From NCBI GenBank assembly GCA_000934665.2, contig KZ538465.1:48422-68421 (forward strand): a stretch of 20,000 nucleotides of DNA. Direction: 5' to 3'. A program made the position numbers and the translations under genes. The DNA comes from Catajapyx aquilonaris (taxonomy: Eukaryota). Position 1 is the first letter of the stretch, and the number at the start of each line of letters is the position of its first letter. Below, piece after piece: positions 10,080 to 19,759 of the stretch. The notes beneath the pieces are model-generated. The model had not been told where the DNA came from. It searched no databases and saw only the letters and a list, made by a program, of their open reading frames with translations.

Positions 10080-10730
10080 AAGGCAAAATGTTTTCTCGCT
10101 TGTCCAGTTTGTTCGTCCAAATATTGTTTGCTTGTCCCTCATTTGTCAATTTGTTGGTCTTACGTTTGTTTGTCCAGATAGTTTGTTTGTCCTTCGTTTG
10201 ATAATTTGTTTGTCCACACACTTTGTTTTATCCTGCGTTTGTTTGTTTGTCCAGATACTTTCTTTTTGTTTGTCCTTCGTTTGTTTACTTGTTTGTCATG
10301 CATCTGTCCAGACACTTTGTGTTGTCCTGCGTTTGTTTGTTTCTCCAGATACTCTGTTTGTTTGTCCTCCATTTGTTTATTTGTTGGTCGTACGTTTGTC
10401 CAGATACTTTTGTTTGTTAATTTGTTTGTCCAGACACTTTGTTTTGTCCTGCGTTTGTTTGTTTGTCCAGATACTTTCTTTGTTTGCCCTTCGTTTGTTT
10501 GTCCTTCGTTTGTTTGTCGTACGTCTGTTTGTCCAGACACTTTGTTTTGTCATGCGTTTGTTTGTTTGTCCAGATAACTTTGTTTGTCCATTGTTAATTT
10601 GTTTGCCCAAATTGTTTGTCTTAATTAGTTCATTTGTTTGTTGTACGTTTGTTCGTCCAGATGTTTGTCCTTCGGTGGTTCGGTTGTTCATTTGTTTGTC
10701 CAGTTTGTTTGTTTGTAAAGGTTTGGTTAT
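10078..10730. repeat. TTTG-rich degenerate minisatellite with recurring TTTGTCCAGAYAC cores
   Basis: Repeated TTTGTTTGTCCAGA(T/C)ACTTT and GTCCT(G/T)CGTTTG blocks; strongly A-poor on the + strand. Confidence 0.9.
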
Positions 10731-11661
10731 CCGCAGTACTTTGAAACGCTGTACTTTTCCACTGTCGCAATATTCACCAGTGACACGTGATCCGTAATTA
10801 ATTAATTAAGTAATTAATTACCAATTAAAGTGTTGAATGAATAATGAACAGCTGAAAACAGCAGTATATACTTTACAATGTTACAAACTAGTTACTGGCC
10901 AGGTGTGTACTTTCCAGGGCTCCAGGGACAGTTGGCGTTCCAATTAAGTCTGCAAACGAGAAGCACCTTGACGTGTATGACCGATAATTAGCGAAGTAAT
11001 TGACTCCGCAATTAGTGCAATCTCGACAATAATAGAAAGAAAAGGTGGGTATATGGCGACTCCAAGCGGCGGGTATGACAACTAACTAGAAATCTGATTC
11101 ATATGATAATTTTAATTGAACGTGACTGCTCTTAAATATGTTTTGACAATACATAAAGACGTTTAACTATGTAAAGCACTTAAAATAAATTAAAACAGTC
11201 CAAATTATTGAGTGGTAACAACGCTAGATGTCTGATAGCGGTCAATATTGAAAATATATTAAGGCTCATTCGGGTGTCTGCTCATTACCTGCACTTTTTT
11301 ATTTAATTAAACTTCAGTTCTAATCTAGGGTTAGCTCATACGCATTTTAATGTAATACTGTCCCTACACAATAGGATATTAATTTAAACAACTGTAAGTA
11401 GAACAAGTTAGCATTTACTTTAAGAAAAAAATATCAATACTTCTGCATTACCAGATCAGAAAATCATTATCGCAATTAAAGCATATTTAATAGCCTAATT
11501 ATTAAACATTTCTGCCGAGCACATGGTTTGATTTAATTGGCTGCAAATTTTTAGCGCACATTAATATTGTGCAAATAAAATCCAAATGAAAATGTGGGGT
11601 TGCCAGACACAGCGCGCACTTCTCCTCACCCGGCGTTCGAAACTTTCTGCTGAAGCTTTAA

Positions 11662-11708
11662 GGGTCATTCCAGGTCATTCCGGGTCATCTGGAGGTCAGC
11701 CCAGGTCA
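11662..11708 (+). promoter_or_regulatory. Five direct RGGTCA nuclear-receptor-type half-sites, spacers 4,4,5,4
   Basis: GGGTCA 11662, AGGTCA 11672, GGGTCA 11682, AGGTCA 11693, AGGTCA 11703. The pattern is certain; function is inferred. Confidence 0.4.
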
Positions 11709-11944
11709 CCATCACGTTTATTACAAGTTCAGTATTGTAAGGTATACACGCATGTGTAATGTAAAGTACGCAATGTACGGATTGCATCCCAAAAAAAAAT
11801 GTTTCTCTCCACACATATATGTATATGCACATAATATATTATGACAACCAAAGTTCCATAATTATAATTATAATAACAAGTAATGACTGATGAATTGTAC
11901 AGTACTTGCAAATATATTCACTAGGTAAAACTCAGGCACCAGTA

Positions 11945-14900
11945 ATGGACTGGCTGAAGGAGCTTCACTACTACATGTCGTCGAAGGAAGACGTCCCTCG
12001 CATGCAGGGAGAAATGCTTCTGCTGCAGCCGAACGTCATCTTCAGACTTGTCGTCAAGTTCAACTTGCTTCAAGTCTTCAACGACACAGGTACGCAGCTT
12101 CAATTACCATACAATTATTCCATACAATTAATATTATCTGTATCTCTATCTCATCTATAGCTCTATATTTAATTATATAAAAGCGTGGCTATAAGTTTGT
12201 TCGTTTATCCAGGCTGTTTGTTTGTTTATCCAGGTTGTGTTTGTTTGTTTGTTTATCCCGATTGTGTTTGTCTGTTTCTTTATTCAAGTTGCACTTGTTT
12301 GTATGTTTGTTTATCCAGGTTGTTATTGTTGCTCTCTTCTTTGTCCAGGCATCAGGCTGTTTGTTTGTTTGTTTATGTGTCCAGATTGTGTTTGTTTGTT
12401 TATCAAGATTGTGTTTGTCTGTTTCTTTATCCAAGTTGCACTTGTTTGTATGTTTGTTTATCCAGGTTGTTTGTTTATCCAGGTTGTTTGTTTATCCAGG
12501 TTGTTTGTTTGCTTGTTTCTTTGTCCTGATTGTTTTCTTTGCTGTCTTGTCCAGGCTGTCTGTTTGTTTATCCAGGTTGTGTTTGTCTGTTTGTTCATCC
12601 AGGTTATGCTTCTCCCAGTTGTTTGTTTGTTTTGTTCAGTTGGGTTGTTTATCCATGTTATGTCGTTTCTCCTGGTTGTTTGTTTTGTTTATCCAGATTA
12701 TTTGTTTGCTTGTTTCTTTGTCCCCGATTGTTTTCTTGCTCTTTTGTTTGTCCGTCAGCCTGCTTGTTTCTTTGTTTGTCCAGGTTTGGTTACCACGCCA
12801 ACAGGTTTCTATAATTTTCATAATCCTCAGCGGAACCTGCCTGTTTTCCATGGTAGCCCTGTTGCTATGGACAAACAAACAAACTTTCCCTTATATATAC
12901 CTGAGTGTATGCGTAAGAAAATAATTTGATGAAAATTGATGGACTTCTTCTATACCTATTTGAATGTGTTGCAGTGCATTTGGGTTGGAAGTTGATAACC
13001 ATACCCAAGTATGTGGAGGCCGCCATCAGAGAGTGGGTAGTGGACGTGTCCAAGGGAGCCTTGGAAGCGGCCAGGGTCCAGGTTGCGCTGAGGATATCGC
13101 ACCATCCGCACCCAGGAGTGGTGCCGGAGATCCACCGCTTCTCACAGCTCCTGACGTCGCCTTCGGAACCAAAATCCATTCTGTTCCAGTGCTCCGGATT
13201 GCTGTTGGCCATGTCCAACCCAGTTCTCTACAAGTGAGAATTACATGTCTGAAATGCGGATGGGGATCTAATCGAATGAATTTATTGCAGTCAGAGCGAA
13301 TCGTACCATTGCCCCGATAAAGCTTGCCCTGGACGATCCGAGTGGATATTCGACACTTGTCCGACCGACAAGCCGCAACAGCTGCTGTGCGCCACGTGCG
13401 GCCAGCTCCTTGAACTAGACTACACCCAGAAGATCCTGGGGACAAAGGTCATGGGCACAGTTGTCCCCGACCACACCCCCTACAATGCACACATCAGTCG
13501 TACTCAGACAATCCAAGTTTCCTTCAAAGGTGCGTTTTCTGGTACGGAAACACTGGTTTTTTACTAATTATGGTCCATCCGCAGATGACCTCGTTAAAGG
13601 ACTGACCCTCGGCGGACACTACGACATCCTGGGATATCCCGTGTACATTAACGACAAGACACTAAAGAACCAATGGGTCACATGCTTAGAGTGTTGCGGC
13701 GTGGTCCATATCAGGACCTACTCGCCGTTTCCAGCCTGCCATCCTCCATTGCCAGATACTCCAGCCGGTGAACTCTACCACTGCTTGCGACAGGACCACC
13801 ACAATAGCCTGTTTCCGCTGGCTTTGGCCTTCTCCGCAGCTCCCATGGTGACACATCCGGCCACATTCATCCAGCTCAAACTTGCATTGTTGCTGGGACT
13901 CGTAGCGAACAGTGTGCATCCGATATCAATATTGGCCGAAGCATCTGACTCAAACACTGTGCACGACATTATGAGCTGGGCACTTCAAATTGCCCCTAGG
14001 TAAGCGCCATGTAATCGACGACGTTTAATGACGCTCAAAACCATTTGTCACATGTAGGTCAGTTGTACATTCCATCAGCATGCCGCTGGTGGTTGGAGCA
14101 ATGCCGAAGAAGCAGGGTGCGGAGGCTGGCTCAATGTTGCGGGCCGGTAATGGCGTGTGCTACCTTGGCGAAATATCCCGTCTCCGTAAGGATGCAAGGA
14201 ATGCGATTTACACGGTACTGGACAATCAGGCGGTTGCGGCGAAGGCCTGCAGTGAGCTGGATCGCATGGGACGAGGAATAAGCTCGTACAATATCACATG
14301 CGGGCTGTGGGCGTACAGCGAACTTGTGCCCAAGTCCAAGGAACCCATCATGCGGTATGCGAATTGTACAGTAATTCATAATGGATTGTAATCACTCGTT
14401 TACATTCATCAGGATGTTTGGACTCCACTTCTACATAGACGACTCCAGTAGGATTGGTCAGGAGCTGGACGTAATTAAGTCGTCGTACTTTCTGGCCTGT
14501 GCGACTAATGGCGACAAGAAGAACCTTCCGAGAGGGGCCAACCTGAGCGTCGTAGAATTCCGGCAGCTCATATACGAGAGTGCGGGCAGGAAGGTCGTGT
14601 TCTCGCCCGAAGCCGAGATGATGATCCGCCATTACTACGTGACCACCAGGAAAATCCGGTATGAAAACGGCGGTGCGCTCAGCAAGAATTTCGTACCGGA
14701 CTCGGCTTGCGCTGCCATGTGCGTAACCCAGTATGCATCTGGAACGTTACTTTAGCTCAGAATAATGTACCGCAATTTTTTGTAGAACCGGAATGGCCGT
14801 TGCTCATGCGAAGTTGCGGTACAGCAGCGAAGTGACTGAAGATGATGCCGCAATTGCGATCTGGATCTACGAGGATGCTAAAACTGCGCTGGCTAATTTC

Positions 14901-15123
14901 TCGTGCCTCGGATGGGAGTCGCAGCCGCATATGATTGGGATCAACACCATTGAGGACCTAGCCAGCAAGGTCTGGAAGTTAAATTTGGCTTAAAAATAGC
15001 CTAATTTAACCGAGTGTATTCTTGCAGCATGATGTCTTCTTCTCATCGTTGAAAGGCGCAATCAGGAAATTCATGGCCGAAGATTCAAAGGCAGCCTCCA
15101 ATGATGGCAGCAGATCCGGCTGA
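11945..15123 (+). CDS. MCMDC2: MCM domain-containing protein 2-like (meiotic recombination), 646 aa; exons 11945-12089, 12975-13233, 13291-13529, 13585-13999, 14058-14354, 14413-14718, 14786-14969, 15028-15123
   Basis: Seven GT-AG introns join into a stop-free 1941-nt frame. It has an MCM Zn finger (CPDKAC...CATC), LKLALLLGLV, EAGSMLRAGNGVCYLGEI, FSPEAEMMIRHYYVTTRKIR and AHAKLRYSSEVTEDDAAIAI. Degenerate Walker A/B motifs fit MCMDC2 rather than MCM2-9. Confidence 0.88.
12176..12900. repeat. TTTG-rich repeat element (TTTATCCAGGTTG cores) filling most of MCMDC2 coding intron 1
   Basis: Recurring GTTTGTTTATCCAGGTTG units inside the 885-nt intron 12090-12974; the other six introns are 55-67 nt. 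Confidence 0.9.
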
Positions 15124-15940
15124 ACACATCGTTTTCCTGCGCAAAGATGCAGAGAGTAACGTCTACCAAGCGCATACGTTGGTACCTGGCTTCAGTTAGG
15201 TCGATGTTTGTTCAGTTATGTTCGTTCATGTTTTAATCTAGTCGCTTCAGATGTAATTAGTCATCTGCTACAGTCATGTCATGGTGCAATTATTTAACTT
15301 ATTTAACGTGCCGTTGAAGCGCACGTTGCTTCAAAATGTTAACAATGTTTCTCATAGGTGTTGGACCTAGTGTTAATTCCCGGCATTGTTTGCCCGAGTA
15401 GGTGAAGGTTTTTAATGGAAGCATCTTCCATATGTATATAGAGAAGGATTATCGTTATTTTAAGTGTTTTGTTTGAAGCTAGGTCCATGCTACACCTTGT
15501 TGTGCTGAAAGTTTTATCTGTTACGTTTAATTTAATGTACGAGAAGTCACAGGCTCCTTGTAAATACTGCGGGCTAGTTTCTCATAGATTCGTAGCCTGC
15601 TGTTACAGCCAAATAAAAAGTCAAGGACTTATTTATTTTACGTAGAGTACGACTTATAAAATCGGCACCTAGTCAAGTTATTTTTTTTTCTTCCTAATAT
15701 AATACAATCTGACACTATATATTAAAATGTGTCGTGACTTAGTGGATTCCATGCCAGTTTAAGGAATATTTGCGAGCACAGAACTCTTTATTATCCAACA
15801 ATGTAACTAGGTAACAGTGCAATGAGGACACTTATACAAAGAATTAAATTAACAGACTGACATGCTCAAACTATAACTTGCAGAAGGCCGGTTACAGTGA
15901 CAGATTACTTCAATGCCACCTTGACTTCTGCGGGAATATT

Positions 15941-16819
15941 TCAGAGGAGTCCACCGTGGATGTTGGCAATGTGTCTCTTAATACTTGCGCAGTATGAAAA
16001 CCGCATGTTGCATATTTCACAGGCAAACGGCTTCTCACCAGTGTGCATCCTCTTGTGAACAACTAGGTCACCCTTCCACATGAACGACTTGCCACACTCT
16101 TCACACTTGTATGGCCTCTCTCCTGTATGGGTCCTCCTGTGTACAAGTAGCACAATCTTTTGCGTGAAAGACTTGGCACACTCTCCACATTTGAATGGCC
16201 TCTCCCCAGTGTGGATTCTACGGTGCCTCGCCAAGGCTGAGTGGAAAGAGAAAGTTTTGCCACAATCCGGACACTCCAGTGGCTTCAGTCCACGGTGCAT
16301 TTGTCTATGCTTCATCATGTCGCTGTCACGAGGGAATGTCTTGTAACAAATCTTGCAACTAAATGGCCTAGGTCCACTACTAGAAGGCTGTGTGGACATT
16401 GCAGGTGTGCCAAGTGGATCTTCAACTCCTTCGGTGATTCTTGGTGCATCCACCAGCATTTCCTCTTCTTCTTCAGTCTTCACCTCCACTTCTCCAATGT
16501 CCAACTCATCATCTTCACAATCATCTTGCTCTTGCACTGGTGAGAGCCTCTCTTGCTTAATCATCATGGTTGCCTCTTCTGCAGTATCGTCACTTCCTTC
16601 TTTCACCTCAGAGGTATGAATTTGCCATCTGTGGGAAATGCAAACAGACACATCATGTATCATTAGAGGATAATATCACTGGTGCGACTCTTGTTTATAT
16701 ATAATGGCCTGTCAGGATTAGGAGGGAAATGATTTCACGACTTAGGTGTAAGTACACAACCAGCCGTACCTGTTGTCGTTATCAGCAATTGTGGCGCAGT
16801 CCCATCCCCAAGCCTCCAT
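15941..16819 (-). CDS. C2H2 zinc-finger protein ZNF-C (5 fingers), 245 aa; exons 16819-16770 and 16628-15941
   Basis: Five fingers with TGERP/TGEKP linkers. The 141-nt intron (AG|gtacgg...ccacag|A) joins MEAWGWDCATIADNDNR in frame to WQIHTSEVKE. Confidence 0.92.
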
Positions 16820-17099
16820 CGCCTTCGTACTCTTGAGTGTGAGACACAAGCAGCTCTCGTGCACCACAATCGCTTTCTACTGCTTCGAAACTACACCACA
16901 CACACTTCCAAACAATAACGAAGACATTCCGAACAACACCATGTCTCCGTAGCAATCAACAGTGAAAAGATGCCAACAGAAAGATGAGTAGCCTAATGAG
17001 AATGCAGTAGTCTAGATGGGACATCCGCAGCAGGTTGGCATAGTGGATAATTGGCGTTTTTGCATGTCCCACAGGACGGTTGTCCATAATAAATACGAC

Positions 17100-17670
17100 T
17101 CATCAGATTACGTTAATCACTTCCGTGGTAATATTTCAGAGGAGTCCACCGTGGATGTTGGCAATGTAATACAATCTGGGTAACCGCACCGTTACCCAGA
17201 TGTATTGTTGGATAATAATAATTTAAATAACAATTACGACATTAGAAAGGTTGTGCCACATTCCGTACACTCTGGTTTTACTCCGCTGTGAATTTTTCTA
17301 TGCTTCATCGCCACCTTGGTCTTGCCCTCTTGAGACCTTCTCTTGCTTAATCATCCGCAGTACCATCAGCTTCTCTGGTTTCCTCATTCACCTCGGTATG
17401 AAATTGTAATCTGGAAAATACAAACAGACATATGTCATACCTCCAACATGATACCAGTGGTGGAGAGATGCGGCTCACCATTAGTCCCTCGTTTTATTTT
17501 GACCATATCCTGCCACGTTTCGGAGCGAAATGATTTCACAACTTATGCGTCATTAATCACCACGTACTGTGGAGTGAATCAAGTGCACCACAATCGCTCT
17601 CTACTGCTTCCAAAACACTCGCACAAAAGTTCCAAACAACCCAACTCTCCATACCAACCATCAATGAAAA
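17100..17670 (-). pseudogene. Deleted tandem duplicate of ZNF-C
   Basis: Colinear blocks: 17130-17167 = 15935-15972 (identical), 17251-17309 ~ 16257-16317, 17331-17430 ~ 16541-16650, 17522-17545 ~ 16721-16744, 17583-17639 ~ 16859-16915. Confidence 0.88.
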
Positions 17671-18025
17671 TGGGGAGAAATGTTGGAAAACAATGAAACG
17701 TAAAGTTTATTACAAATAAATGAGCTTTTTTATTATTATTAGCAGTTGAGTAAAAACACAAGGTAAGCTGGCCACGGGGATTTTGCATGAAATATTTATC
17801 GGTGACATCTTATAGTATGTTCAAAAAATAAATGTCTGATTCGTGCCACAAAATACACTCAGACTACATCTAAGAAAGAACAAAATCATTCCACTCCCAG
17901 CGTACGCTTTAAAAAATTTGATCCACATTTGCACAACATGCATTCCTATTATGCAAATATTGCAACTGCTATACACAGTACAACACCATACAATGGTAAG
18001 CTTTATGCATCTCACAGTATAGTTT

Positions 18026-19067
18026 CTATCCATTATGAATTCGCATATGCTGTTTCAAAGTGCTTGACTGACTAAAACCTCTCTGGCAGACATCACAAAT
18101 GAATGGCTTTTCTCCCGTATGAGTTCGCATGTGATCTTGCAAATTGCTTTTAGTCCTAAATCCTTTCTGGCACACCTCACAAATGAATGGTCTCTTTTGA
18201 GTATGAGTTCGCATGTGTGTTTTCAAAGCGCATGACTGACTAAAATTTTTCTTGCACACATCACAAGTGTATTGTCTCTCGCCGGTATGAATTAGCATGT
18301 GTGTTTTCAAATACTTTGAATCGAGAAATCTTTTCTGGCAAAGCTCACATTGAAGTCTCTCTCCCGTATGAATTCGCATGTGAGCATTCAAATCACATGC
18401 TGTGCGAAATACTTTCTCGCACAACTCACAAATGAATGGTTTAACCATTGAATGAACTTGCATGTGAAGTTTCAAGCCACTTGAACTGACATATTTCTTC
18501 TTGCACACGTCACAAGTAAATGGTCTCTCGCCCGTATGAGTTCGCATGTGAACTTCCAAGCTCCTTTCATTACACAATTTCTTCTGGCAAATTTGGCAGC
18601 GATTTTTGTCACGATGAGTTAACATATGAATTTCCAATTTATGCAGAGTACCAAACAATTTCTCGCATATTCTGCATGCATGTGGATTTCCTGTAGTGCT
18701 TCTTTCCTCCTTGGTTCTGCCCTTTCCTGCTGCGTCTTCAGCGGTATCTTGCACGATCTGAAATGTGAATCAAGTTTAGCACAAATTTATATTGGAATTT
18801 CAGCAGATTACGTACCGCACTAATCTTTCCGGAGCCAAGTGCTAATGGGTCTTCTTCATCTTCGACCGCACTGGGCGTGGCCAACACCATCTCCTCCTCC
18901 TCCTCCTCTGGCTCCTCTTTGATTCCTTCTTCTACGAAGAGTGTGGCGTCCCCTTCGAAGCATCCCGGTGCCTCCTCCTTGAGCTGCAGCCTCCACGTCT
19001 CCTCCACCTTGAGGTCTTCTCCTTCCTCCAGCTCCTCCTCCTCCTCCTTGACCCCCAACGAGGTCAT
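18026..19067 (-). CDS. C2H2 zinc-finger protein ZNF-D (8 fingers), about 327 aa; exons 19067-18816 and 18757-18026
   Basis: Acidic exon joined by a 58-nt phase-0 intron (GCG|gtacgt...tttcag|ATC) to an eight-finger exon. An in-frame stop lies upstream of the ATG at 19067. Confidence 0.92.
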
Positions 19068-19331
19068 GGAGGTCACCCAATGACCTCAATCCACGTCCCA
19101 ACCTTGGAGGGTCTGCCAAAGAGGAACATTCGGATGTGCCTGCCGCACACTTCGAAACAAAAGGCCTGCCCTTCCACCCTCACACCTGAGCCCTCCTTCC
19201 CTGCACTGAGCATGCCCTGCACATCAAACCCTAGTTACCTGCACTCCTCCCGGGGTAATCACACGTCTAATTAAACGTCATTCATTGTTTGCAAGTGTTG
19301 GAAGTTCAATGTTTCAGAAAATAACAATCGG

Positions 19332-19343
19332 CGCCATCTTGGA
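19332..19343 (-). promoter_or_regulatory. YY1/Pho-type motif TCCAAGATGGCG upstream of ZNF-D
   Basis: CGCCATCTTGGA on +, in sense orientation for the minus-strand gene. Confidence 0.45.
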
Positions 19344-19759
19344 TTCGGAACAAGTGACGGTCGCCCAATGGTGCCAACACAAAAAAAGATGTGAGCGTTA
19401 ATATTAGCTAATTAATTATCTTTTCATTAGGCAATTAAATGTCTCGGCTTTAATTACATGCTGCGAATGTCAAGGTCTTTAAGAAAATTGAATGCTAATT
19501 TTCTGTTGGCATCACATTTAAACGCGGGATGTTCACACAATGAAAACATTAAATTAATTTAAACATGTTAAATTTCATGGGAGGTGAAAATTAAGTCTCA
19601 CTGCCGATATAACTATCTTTCATGTTTTATTAACATGCATTTTGCCTTCTTCGATCACTGCGTAGCGAGAACATGTCATGATGATGAATGATGAGCGGCA
19701 TTCTAACCAGGGAGAGACGGTGAATGTTGGCAACAACGCAATGTCATGTTTATTACAAA

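Noticed and set aside
10012..10221. Poly-Asn ORF
   Set aside because: Translation of the (ATT)n microsatellite.
10132..10797. Several long ORFs (up to 221 aa) rich in F/V/C/L or T/N/K/Q
   Set aside because: By-products of an A-poor TTTG repeat that lacks stop codons; open in many frames at once.
12185..12929. Overlapping 229-235 aa hydrophobic ORFs resembling membrane proteins
   Set aside because: Same repeat artefact; they lie inside an MCMDC2 intron.
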